A stretch of 64,000 nucleotides of DNA from the NCBI GenBank assembly GCA_963828195.1, contig CAWHDT010000005.1, positions 160,001 to 224,000 on the forward strand, written 5' to 3'. A program made the position numbers and the translations under genes. Shown here one piece after another: positions 48,062 to 56,614 of the stretch. Within the stretch, counting starts at the first letter, position 1. Each line of letters starts with the position of its first letter. The notes under the pieces are model-generated. The model was not told the origin of the DNA, ran no database searches, and was given only the letters and a program-made list of their open reading frames with translations. The DNA is from Candidatus Bathyarchaeota archaeon (GTDB taxonomy: Archaea > Thermoproteota > Bathyarchaeia > Bathyarchaeales > Bathycorpusculaceae).

Positions 48062-48548
48062 CTACCTTGTTGTAGATTCATCAGTTATCTTATTCTTTGA
48101 TAGAAAGGGGAAACTGGAAGAGTTCTTGTTTCAGAAAAAGAATGAAAACTATAAAGTAATAATCCCGAGAGCGATTGCGCAAGAAGTCGTTGATGAGCCG
48201 CAAGAGTTTGCAGTGAGAATTAGAGAAAGAGACCTAAAGTTAGCAAACAAAGTATTGGATTCTGTCGAAAGGATCAACTCGGCTATCAAGCAAGGATTAA
48301 TTCAAGTTGAAACAGTGAATTACAGAAAGCATTCTAAAGTTATCGATAACGTCAGAAAACACCTAAGCGAAATAGAGGCAAAGCCCGAATACGCACTAAA
48401 GAAGGGCGACCCAGAACTTATAGCGCTCGTTATCCAGCTCTATGATGAATCCAAGGAAAAGGTCTTTGTTGCAACATTGGATAAGGGACTACTAAAAGCG
48501 CTAAAGCCATTCAACAGCAGAGTTGAATATGAAGTCTTGAAACTTTAA
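48054..48548 (+). CDS. PIN-domain (VapC-like) ribonuclease, putative toxin
   Basis: LVVDSSVI, IPRAIAQE, GDPELIAL, VATLDKGL; overlaps upstream stop. Confidence 0.8.
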   Translation: MPNYLVVDSSVILFFDRKGKLEEFLFQKKNENYKVIIPRAIAQEVVDEPQEFAVRIRERDLKLANKVLDSVERINSAIKQGLIQVETVNYRKHSKVIDNVRKHLSEIEAKPEYALKKGDPELIALVIQLYDESKEKVFVATLDKGLLKALKPFNSRVEYEVLKL

Positions 48549-48740
48549 AAATCAGAAGGCAAGACTCAATCGACTGCAGACCAAGTCAAAATAAACCTCA
48601 TCATGGCTGGAAAGGTGCAGTCGTCATAGAAGCAACCTCAGGCAAAATAATATGATTTGACATGCTCAAATCTTCACAAAAATGAGATTCGAGAATGAAA
48701 AAGCATAAAAGAAAAACGGTCACATCAAGAATGATTACAA

Positions 48741-49349
48741 ATGAGCCCTAAATGGCTATCAAACATATTCAATCCGCCTTCGTCGATTCCACTGAAAGCA
48801 AAAGTGGAGTTGTCCACGCAGAAAAGCCAATATTCACTAGGGGAGCAAATTAAAGGTTTTATTAAAATAACGTCTGATGAAGCCTTTTTAGTGAACCAAG
48901 CTTTTGTCTGCTTAAACTGCAACGAAAACATCAAGAAAAGCCGAATCTGGGCAAATCAATATGGAACCCACCAAACCGAATACTGGGACACAGCCATCAC
49001 CTACAGCACCACCTGCAAGCTGTTTGAGTATGCAAGCATACCTCAAGGTTTTTCGGCCTCATATGGATACGCTTTAAACGTATCTCAAGCAGCAAAAGAA
49101 ACACTCTACAGCATCGATCACTACGTCAAATGGCTTCTGTATGCAGCTGTTGAAGCGAAAGAGCGCCCAAAAATGCAGACAACCACCTACGAAATACAAG
49201 TAACAAAACCACAAGTCGCTCAATCCTCGCCCACCATCATGAAGGAAGTAACGCGAGAAGTGGTTTTGATACCCTGCGCATACTGCAGCGGATTGATGCC
49301 TCAAACTTCCATATTCTGCCCAAACTGTGGAGCAAGAAGAAAAACGTAA
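48741..49349 (+). CDS. Arrestin-N/SpoOM-like protein with C-terminal zinc ribbon
   Basis: K..YSLGEQIKG.I.I beta-sandwich start; VKWLL; CAYC...FCPNCGA. Confidence 0.7.
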   Translation: MSPKWLSNIFNPPSSIPLKAKVELSTQKSQYSLGEQIKGFIKITSDEAFLVNQAFVCLNCNENIKKSRIWANQYGTHQTEYWDTAITYSTTCKLFEYASIPQGFSASYGYALNVSQAAKETLYSIDHYVKWLLYAAVEAKERPKMQTTTYEIQVTKPQVAQSSPTIMKEVTREVVLIPCAYCSGLMPQTSIFCPNCGARRKT

Positions 49350-49463
49350 TAAAATTATCATATTCGTAGAGTCAAGTTTTTATGTTTTAAAATGGAGCTG
49401 ACAGGATTAAAGAGCTGCGTTGCTGGAAAGGTTTATTTCATTGCATGGCACTATGATGTGAAA

Positions 49464-49522
49464 TTGCAGGCGGACAACCGTGTCCGTTGGGATGTGGTCC
49501 TTAGGGACTGAACCGTAAGCAA
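49464..49522 (+). promoter_or_regulatory. Structured 5' leader of eL15 (putative ribosomal-protein leader with K-turn-like motif)
   Basis: ttgc/gcaa closing stem, hairpin gcggac-aaccgt-gtccgt, gg-gatgtg-gtcc-ttag-ggac-tga-acc. Confidence 0.6.
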
Positions 49523-49547
49523 ATGAAGCATTTAGGAGAAAAAACAT

Positions 49548-50162
49548 ATGGCATACAAATACATCGCGGAGGAATGGGCTCAACCCGAAAAATCCTTCGT
49601 TGAAGAACTCATGCGGGAAAGATTAGTGCAGTGGCGAAAACAGCCCTCAACACTTCGCATTGAGCATCCGACAAGGCTTGACCGCGCAAGAAAACTAGGC
49701 TACAAAGCCAAACAAGGCTTCGTCGTGGCAAGAACAAAAGTGCGCAGAGGCGGCCTACGAAAAAAACGCCCACGCTCAGGCAGACGACCCAAACGCATGG
49801 GAGTCGCCAAATTTAAACCAGCAAAAAGCATAAGGCTTATAGCTGAAGAGCGGACAGCAAAGCATTTCCCAAACCTGGAAGTTCTTAACAGTTACTGGGT
49901 AGGCGAAGACGGAAAGCACAAGTGGTTCGAAGTTATTCTGCTTGACCCAAAGAGCCCAGTGATAAAAACCGACAAAGACGTCAACTGGATAACGGAGAAG
50001 CAGCATACAAGCAGAGTCTTCCGAAGCTTAACAAGTGCAGGCAAAAACGTCAGAGGTCTAAACCACCGAGGAGCAGGAGCAGAAAAAGTAAGACCAAGCC
50101 ACCGCAGAGGAGCAAGAAAACGAGCACAGGCAACAACCAGAAAACCAAACCCAGGGCGATAA
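49548..50162 (+). CDS. rpl15e: 50S ribosomal protein eL15
   Basis: [30 protein letters not shown]. Confidence 0.98.
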   Translation: MAYKYIAEEWAQPEKSFVEELMRERLVQWRKQPSTLRIEHPTRLDRARKLGYKAKQGFVVARTKVRRGGLRKKRPRSGRRPKRMGVAKFKPAKSIRLIAEERTAKHFPNLEVLNSYWVGEDGKHKWFEVILLDPKSPVIKTDKDVNWITEKQHTSRVFRSLTSAGKNVRGLNHRGAGAEKVRPSHRRGARKRAQATTRKPNPGR

Positions 50163-50386
50163 ACTACTCCCTATTTTCTAGTTTTTTGTTCTAATTTCCG
50201 CAATTTTATTATTCTTTCAACATTGTTTTGCTCTTTCGATTGATTAGCTTTAAAAGTTTTTTACTTGTAAAGAAGGACTCAAACAAAAAATCTTGAAACT
50301 GTCACGGATAAACAGCCAACAAACAAGCTAACTTTTTAGCAGATTTTTTCACAAGCGAATTATTCATATGTCTGGATGCAGCTACA

Positions 50387-50659
50387 GTGGATATGCACGA
50401 TATAAAAGTAGTAATTACTAAGCATAACAAAAAACACAACCTCGGCAAAGGTTTCAGCCCAACGGAACTGAAGAATGCTGGCGTAAACAGGCAGCAAGCC
50501 AGAAAAATTGGCTTACCCGTAGATATCAAAAGAAAATCTGCCCACGAAGAAAACGTTGCTTGCATAAAAGAACTCGTGGAAAAAGCAAAGGCAGAGGCAG
50601 CAGCAAAACCTATAGAGCCCGTGACCGAGCCTAAGCCAAAGAAAAAAGCTAAAAGCTAG
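50387..50659 (+). CDS. rpl13e: 50S ribosomal protein eL13
   Basis: GKGFS..ELK.AG....ARKIGLPVD.KRKS.HEENV. Confidence 0.9.
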   Translation: MDMHDIKVVITKHNKKHNLGKGFSPTELKNAGVNRQQARKIGLPVDIKRKSAHEENVACIKELVEKAKAEAAAKPIEPVTEPKPKKKAKS

Positions 50660-50684
50660 AAGATCAAAACAAAATCGGTGTCCC

Positions 50685-51131
50685 ATGTCTTCTAAACCGC
50701 CCATCGCCTACATTGATATTCGAGTCTTCGCACATGCAACCGAGGACACAGAGAAAACTCAAGCTGCAGTAAAGAACCTGTTGCCAGATGAACTGGCTCA
50801 AACACTTATTTTTGAAAAAACAAGTTTAACGGGGCACTATGGAAACCCCATCACCCTTTTTACAGCTAAACTAACCGAAAAAAAAATGCTTCCGGCAGCG
50901 CTCCAAAAAATCGGCTCAGGCTTGAACTCGCTGGACAAGGAAGAGCTGTGCCGAGACCTAAAACTTCACCTGGAAAAAGGAAACCTATACCTCAGATTCG
51001 ACAAGCAATCCGCTTATCTGGGAAACACAAAGTTCACCCAAAACGACCCTGTCCACTTCAAAATCCACTTCAAAAACAAATCGCCCCAAGAAATAACTGA
51101 TTTATGCAAAAACGCTGGGTTGCTGCCATGA
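50685..51131 (+). CDS. Exosome-operon RNA-binding protein (COG1325-like)
   Basis: HATED.EK, GHYGNPI, LYLRFDKQ.AY. Confidence 0.9.
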   Translation: MSSKPPIAYIDIRVFAHATEDTEKTQAAVKNLLPDELAQTLIFEKTSLTGHYGNPITLFTAKLTEKKMLPAALQKIGSGLNSLDKEELCRDLKLHLEKGNLYLRFDKQSAYLGNTKFTQNDPVHFKIHFKNKSPQEITDLCKNAGLLP

Positions 51132-51859
51132 CACGAGCCTTCGCGGATTTGCATTTACGTATTAACCCCAAGGATCAGCAGGCAACACAGAAACTTATCA
51201 GTAAAGCAGCACGGTTCGGCTACAGCCAAATATCCATCCCGTTCACTTCAGGTCTGCGCGAAGAAGAATTAACCCAGCTTAAAGCAGCATGCAGCGAAGC
51301 AGGCTTAGATTTTGTTTCTCGAGCAGATTTCCATCCAAGATCAGAAAATGACCTTACCCATTTTCTGCGCAAGTTCAGACGAAGATTCGAAGTCATATGC
51401 ATCTCATGTGACAGCAAAGAAGTGGCTAGACAAGCAGCCAAAGACAGGCGCGTAGACCTGCTTAGCTTTCCCAGCTTTGACTATCATAAACGGTTTTTTG
51501 ACCGAGCCGAAGCCGAATTAGCCAGCAACTGCTTAGCCGCCCTAGAAGTGGATGTTAAGCCGCTTTTGATTTTGGAAGGTCCACCCCGAGTTCGATTGCT
51601 CATGAGTCTGCGCCGAGAGGTCGCCACGGCACTCGAATTTCATGTGCCCATAGTGGTTTCAAGCGGTATCTGTGAGGAGCGGCTTATGCGGGCGCCAAGG
51701 GACATGGCAAGCTTAGCTTACCTGTTTGGACTAGAGGAAGCTCAAGCTTTAGATGCAACCTCAACGTGTCCAGCGGCAATGGTTGCGCGTAACCGCGAAA
51801 AACTCAGCAGCCGATTTGTCGCACCTGGCATAACCATAGTTAAGGAGGGCAAATCTTGA
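51128..51859 (+). CDS. rnp3: RNase P protein Rpp30
   Basis: FADLH, ARQAAKDRRVDLL, VSSG....LMRAPRD. Confidence 0.9.
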   Translation: MTRAFADLHLRINPKDQQATQKLISKAARFGYSQISIPFTSGLREEELTQLKAACSEAGLDFVSRADFHPRSENDLTHFLRKFRRRFEVICISCDSKEVARQAAKDRRVDLLSFPSFDYHKRFFDRAEAELASNCLAALEVDVKPLLILEGPPRVRLLMSLRREVATALEFHVPIVVSSGICEERLMRAPRDMASLAYLFGLEEAQALDATSTCPAAMVARNREKLSSRFVAPGITIVKEGKS

Positions 51860-52170
51860 AGCGGGTTAAAAGGCGATACCTCGCCCTGCAAGTGGAATGC
51901 GAAGCCACGCCGACAGAACGCGAATTTGTTGACGCCGTTTGGGCAGCTGTAACCAAACTCTACGGTGAAGTGGGCGCAAGCCAAACCAGCTTAGCCTTGA
52001 TTAGTTTTGACGCGGAACGCAGAGTTGCTGTGATAAGGGTTTCGTTGGCTACGCTAAACATGTCGAGGGCATCGTTGGCAACAATCACAAGCGTCGGCGG
52101 CAAAGAGGCAGCCGTGCATGTTTTGGGTGTTTCAGGCACAATTAAAGCACTGTATTCACAGGCGAGATAA
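51856..52170 (+). CDS. rnp2: RNase P protein Pop5
   Basis: KRRYL, LYGEVGAS, LGVSGTIKAL. Confidence 0.92.
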   Translation: MKRVKRRYLALQVECEATPTEREFVDAVWAAVTKLYGEVGASQTSLALISFDAERRVAVIRVSLATLNMSRASLATITSVGGKEAAVHVLGVSGTIKALYSQAR

Positions 52171-52341
52171 TTTTTTATTTTGCAAATGTTGCCACTTCAA
52201 ATTATTTGAATTTGCGCTATGAGCAGATTGGCGATTTTTGGCATTATTAGCATTTTTTTGAGGTTTAGTCTTGATTGTTTGATAAGTTATAAATACTGAC
52301 AGTGGCAGAAGGGGTAAATACAGCGCGGGAGAATAATTTAG

Positions 52342-52635
52342 ATGAGCAAAGTGAAAATGGCAGAGGTTAAAATCGTAAAGTTAGATCCTGCTCTAGAAAA
52401 AAGGGTAACAGTGAAACTTACTAGGGCAAGGGAAGATATGGAGTGGTTCTTTGCTAACGAGAAGAAGCTTCGCTCAAAATACCTAAACAAATACGTAGCC
52501 ATCAAAAACAAAAAAATTCTATTAATAGCCGATACTCCTGAAGAAATGTACACTAAGATAGAAGCTTCCGGAGAAGACCCAAATGATTTGCTTTGCGATT
52601 ACATGCGTAAAGAGCCAAGATGCCTCCTCTACTAG
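52342..52635 (+). CDS. DUF5678-like small protein
   Basis: WF..N..KL.SKY.NKYVAI...KI...AD..EE pattern. Confidence 0.75.
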   Translation: MSKVKMAEVKIVKLDPALEKRVTVKLTRAREDMEWFFANEKKLRSKYLNKYVAIKNKKILLIADTPEEMYTKIEASGEDPNDLLCDYMRKEPRCLLY

Positions 52636-52647
52636 GAAGGCGTAATC

Positions 52648-53094
52648 TTGAAATTATCCGCATATTTAGACCAACATAAGCATGCTTATCTGAATGGACA
52701 AATAATCTCCGTTCAAGTGAACAATTTTGTGCCCATACATTTCTTGGTTGATACAGGCAGTACTTACACGACAATATTGGGTCAAGATACTTTTAAACTT
52801 GGAATAAAAGTCAAAAGACTTCCCAGATCAAAATGCTCGTCAGACACGGCGAAGGGACACCTGCTGCCCTATGAATTGCCAGATGTTAAATTGAGATTTG
52901 ACACAAACGCCGATCCAGAAGAAAGCCCTATTATCATTCCATTAGAATTTATCCAGTGTTTGCCGCCTCCCAAAGAACTAAACCGTTTACATCCGCTTAA
53001 CCTGATGTTCTCCTACAGCTTGCTCGGTATGGACGTATTAAAATTCTTCAAACGATGGCAATACACGGAGACCACACTTATCCTGGAAACTTGA
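52648..53094 (+). CDS. Clan AA (retropepsin-like) aspartyl protease
   Basis: FLVDTGSTYT catalytic motif and SLLGMDVL. Confidence 0.85.
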   Translation: MKLSAYLDQHKHAYLNGQIISVQVNNFVPIHFLVDTGSTYTTILGQDTFKLGIKVKRLPRSKCSSDTAKGHLLPYELPDVKLRFDTNADPEESPIIIPLEFIQCLPPPKELNRLHPLNLMFSYSLLGMDVLKFFKRWQYTETTLILET

Positions 53095-53273
53095 CGAAGC
53101 GGATGCTTTTTCGGTTAAAATTAGCTTTCGCTGTCGGTTTATGTGTAAAGTTTTTATTTACTTTTATGCTCTGCATTTAGTAGCTAAGTCTTCTATTTGG
53201 TTGAACAAATTTACAAAAGTAGCTCAGAAACGTTTATCAATTACATGAAAGCGTTATTCACGAACAAAAAAGC

Positions 53274-54533
53274 TTGAAAAGAAACATAAACAAGACGGAG
53301 TCGTTAAGAACGGATTTACAAGACTTTTATTTCAAAATGCCCCTAAAAACCGAGCCAATAATAGATGACACTACACTTCGCGACGGCATTCAAATGCCAG
53401 GGTTAGCTGCTGGCCCCAAAGACTCCGCGAAAATAGCGCAGTTCCTATCAGAAATCGGAGTAGAACGCATCGAACTGTTCCATTATCAAGAGCCAGACAA
53501 GAAAGCTGCAAAACTCATCGCAGACTTGAACCTTGACCTGCGCGTTGCGGGCTGGTGCCGAGCGTTAAAAGAGGACATTGACAGCGCGGTTGCATGCGGA
53601 TTCAAAGAAGTCGGCATCTCCCACCCCGTCTCCGACATACATTTTAAAGCTAAGTGGCCCGAAAAAACGCAAGAGCAGATCTTAACCAACATTGTAAGCG
53701 TGGTTGAGTATGCAGCTAAAACCTGCGGACTAAGAACATTTGTCCACGGCGAAGACAGCACAAGGGCAGATTGGAATTTTGAGAAAAAATTAATTAACGC
53801 TGTTGCAGACGCAGGCGCGGAATGCTACCGTATCTGCGACACGGTCGGCATCGGCTTATCTGATCCCACGGCGCCATTACCCAACGGTGTCCCAGCCAAG
53901 GTATTGGCCATCAAGAAAGAAACCAGAATCGACGCCGTAGAGATTCACGCGCACGACGACTTCGGGAACGCAGTTGAAAACACGATGGCGGCAATTAAAG
54001 CAGCCTCGGGCGTGTGGGATAAAGTTTACGCCAGCACTACGTATCTGGGCATCGGCGAACGCGCAGGCAACGCAGAAACGGAGAAGGTACTGTTAAACCT
54101 GTATCTGCATCATGACGTCAAAAAATTTGAAGGCAAAACCCAGAAGCTCAAGGCAACCGCCGACTACATAGGCAAAGCAACAGGCTACGTGGTTCCGCCT
54201 AACAAGGCAATCGTCGGTGACTACGGATTCGCCCATGAATCAGGAATCCACACTCACGGCGTCTTAAGCGACCCATGGACCTACGAGCCTTACCCGCCTG
54301 AACTGGTCGGCAACGAACGGCGTTTAACCATTGGAAAACAGTCGGGTAAAGGCATAATCAAGCACAAAATAACAGAGCTTGGGGGAAACGAACCAGACGA
54401 TCAGACAGTAGCGATAGTGGTGGAAAGAATAAAAGACATCTACGCCAACGGCAGACGTGCTTCGTTGAAAGAGGAAGAATTCAAAAAAATCCTCCGCATA
54501 CTAAAAGTCCTGCCAGAAAACAACAGCCACTAA
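53274..54533 (+). CDS. DRE-TIM metallolyase (homocitrate/isopropylmalate synthase family), Re-citrate-synthase-like
   Basis: DTTLRDG.Q, HAHDDFG, GIGERAGNA, AHESGIH; no LeuA regulatory domain. Confidence 0.85.
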   Translation: MKRNINKTESLRTDLQDFYFKMPLKTEPIIDDTTLRDGIQMPGLAAGPKDSAKIAQFLSEIGVERIELFHYQEPDKKAAKLIADLNLDLRVAGWCRALKEDIDSAVACGFKEVGISHPVSDIHFKAKWPEKTQEQILTNIVSVVEYAAKTCGLRTFVHGEDSTRADWNFEKKLINAVADAGAECYRICDTVGIGLSDPTAPLPNGVPAKVLAIKKETRIDAVEIHAHDDFGNAVENTMAAIKAASGVWDKVYASTTYLGIGERAGNAETEKVLLNLYLHHDVKKFEGKTQKLKATADYIGKATGYVVPPNKAIVGDYGFAHESGIHTHGVLSDPWTYEPYPPELVGNERRLTIGKQSGKGIIKHKITELGGNEPDDQTVAIVVERIKDIYANGRRASLKEEEFKKILRILKVLPENNSH

Positions 54534-54663
54534 AATTCAAATTATTTTTTCTTTTTCCAGGGTTAATGGAATCGTTTAAATGCGTTTGTTGACTTTGAAA
54601 AACAATGCGGTTATCAAACAACTGCAATAGACCAAAAGTAAACTAAATAAAAAGTGATTTTGC

Positions 54664-55602
54664 ATGCTGCGTTGTACTCTTGCCGGTTTGATTCCTTTGA
54701 TGATGTCAGAAAAGTATTCGGCTTTTACGGAGGAATTTTATCAGGAGCAAAAGGGCGATTTCAACAAAATTATTAAGAATAAAAGTTTTTATTTAATTCG
54801 GGATTTACCCGTCGAGGTAGCCTCCCGAATACTGTTGCCTGAAATACCCGGGGTTCTGTCTAAACAAAAAACCAACGGCCTTTGGTATAATTCAACCAGA
54901 GTTACTTACGATATTTTGTCAGCCTTCAGCCGCATAGGCATTCTTGATAGTTTGGCGGCGAACAAAAAGCTGAAGAATGTGGCAGATAAATTAGCCGATA
55001 AATATGACTATGAGTCTCTACTGATTAAGTCAATAATATATCGCCAGACCAATAAAAACGATGTCAACGAAATAAACAAACTTATAGAGGATTCCAGGTG
55101 CATGCAAAATGACAATGGTTCATGGGAAGAAACAGTTGTCGCAACAGTTTTCCAGATCGAAAAATTGGCAAGTTTAGGCGTATCCTTTAGCGATCCCTGC
55201 ATCCAGAGAGGAGTTGCTTTTCTTTTTAAAAATTTAAACTTGAATTGGGATGGACTCCAGGGCTCGGGTAAACCGTACGGGCTGCAAAGTCACCTTGTCT
55301 TTTCAGCTGAGAACCGTGACCGCGAATTTGAAAGTGCCGAAAAATACAAAGGGGAAATGGTGCCACGGTTAATTTGTTATAGACACTTAGGGATTATGCA
55401 GAATTTTTTATGTCTGAAATTATTTTTGCAGATGGGGCTTGAACATGATGATCGGGTGGAATGTGCACTTGACAATCTTTTTTCCTTATACAAGAAGTAC
55501 AACAGTCTCTGTTACTTTACAATCCAGAAGAAATTTGTGGCTGCCAAAAGAGCAAAGCTGCACAAAGAAATTCATTCCTTCAGAAATGATTTAAATGTGT
55601 GA
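54664..55602 (+). CDS. Hypothetical protein with prenyltransferase/squalene-cyclase-like QW repeat
   Basis: MQNDNGSW and DPCIQRGVAFL motifs; helical. Confidence 0.55.
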   Translation: MLRCTLAGLIPLMMSEKYSAFTEEFYQEQKGDFNKIIKNKSFYLIRDLPVEVASRILLPEIPGVLSKQKTNGLWYNSTRVTYDILSAFSRIGILDSLAANKKLKNVADKLADKYDYESLLIKSIIYRQTNKNDVNEINKLIEDSRCMQNDNGSWEETVVATVFQIEKLASLGVSFSDPCIQRGVAFLFKNLNLNWDGLQGSGKPYGLQSHLVFSAENRDREFESAEKYKGEMVPRLICYRHLGIMQNFLCLKLFLQMGLEHDDRVECALDNLFSLYKKYNSLCYFTIQKKFVAAKRAKLHKEIHSFRNDLNV

Positions 55603-55637
55603 TCGAGAAGTTAACAAAAAATAAGAAAAAAGAAAAG

Positions 55638-56600
55638 TTAGGCTTGCTCACATTTTTGAAGGAGCCGTTGCCAGTTTTCATCAGTTAAGCGCTGCATCTC
55701 ATCTACTATGTGCTGGTTTTGCGGGGTGAACAGGTGCCTGAATCTGCCTTGCCCAGTAAGGTAATCTTTTACGGGTCGCTTTTTCTGCGGCGCCAACGAA
55801 ATCAGTTTGCTTGGTATTGAAAGTTGCCGTTTGCCGTTTACTGCTTCCCAAATCGGGAACACGCAGGATTCCACAGACAGCTTTGAGTACTCCATGGTTT
55901 TGCCGGGTTCAGTGCGCCAACCTCTGGGGCAAGGGGCAAAAACGTGCAGAAACGCTGGTCCGTCTACTTCTAAGCCTTTGCGGACTTTTGTCAGCATATC
56001 CTTCCAATAGTAAGGTGTTGCAGTTGCCACATATTGCATGTCGTGCGCCAACATGATTTCGTCGATGGGTTTCTTCTTTTCCAGTTTTCCAGGAATAACT
56101 GAGCCGGCTGGGGTGGTTGTTGTTGCCGCGCCTATGGGTGTGGAGCTGCTTCGCTGGATGCCTGTGTTCATGTAGCCTTCATTATCGTAGAGGATAAACA
56201 AGAAGTCGTGTCCACGTTCAACTGCGCCGGATAAAGCCTGCAAGCCAATGTCGTAGGTTCCGCCGTCACCAGCCAACGCGATGATGTCAATGTGATCTTT
56301 CACTTTGCCCTTCTTGCTCATCGCTTTCAACGCGGCATCGATGCCTGAGGCGTTCGCCGCGGCGTTCTCAAAAGCCGTGTGGAGCCATGGTAGCGCCCAA
56401 GAGGTGTAGGGGTAAATGGACCCGACTATTTCCATGCAGCCTGTTGCCTGAGTCACAATTGTTGGTCCACGCGTAGCCTTCATTATCATCCGAAGCATTG
56501 ACGCTGGCCCACAGCCTGCGCATGCCCGATGACCCGAAAGGAACAGGTCTGGTTTAGACGCAATATCTTTTGCCGTGAATTTCCATTCTTGAGTTGTCAA
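55638..56600 (-). CDS. porB: Pyruvate:ferredoxin oxidoreductase beta subunit
   Basis: GHRACAGCG, ATGC, TPP motif GDGG...YDNEGYMNTG, PCPRGW. Confidence 0.95.
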   Translation of the reverse strand: MTTQEWKFTAKDIASKPDLFLSGHRACAGCGPASMLRMIMKATRGPTIVTQATGCMEIVGSIYPYTSWALPWLHTAFENAAANASGIDAALKAMSKKGKVKDHIDIIALAGDGGTYDIGLQALSGAVERGHDFLFILYDNEGYMNTGIQRSSSTPIGAATTTTPAGSVIPGKLEKKKPIDEIMLAHDMQYVATATPYYWKDMLTKVRKGLEVDGPAFLHVFAPCPRGWRTEPGKTMEYSKLSVESCVFPIWEAVNGKRQLSIPSKLISLAPQKKRPVKDYLTGQGRFRHLFTPQNQHIVDEMQRLTDENWQRLLQKCEQA

Positions 56601-56614
56601 CTATTTTTCCTCCT

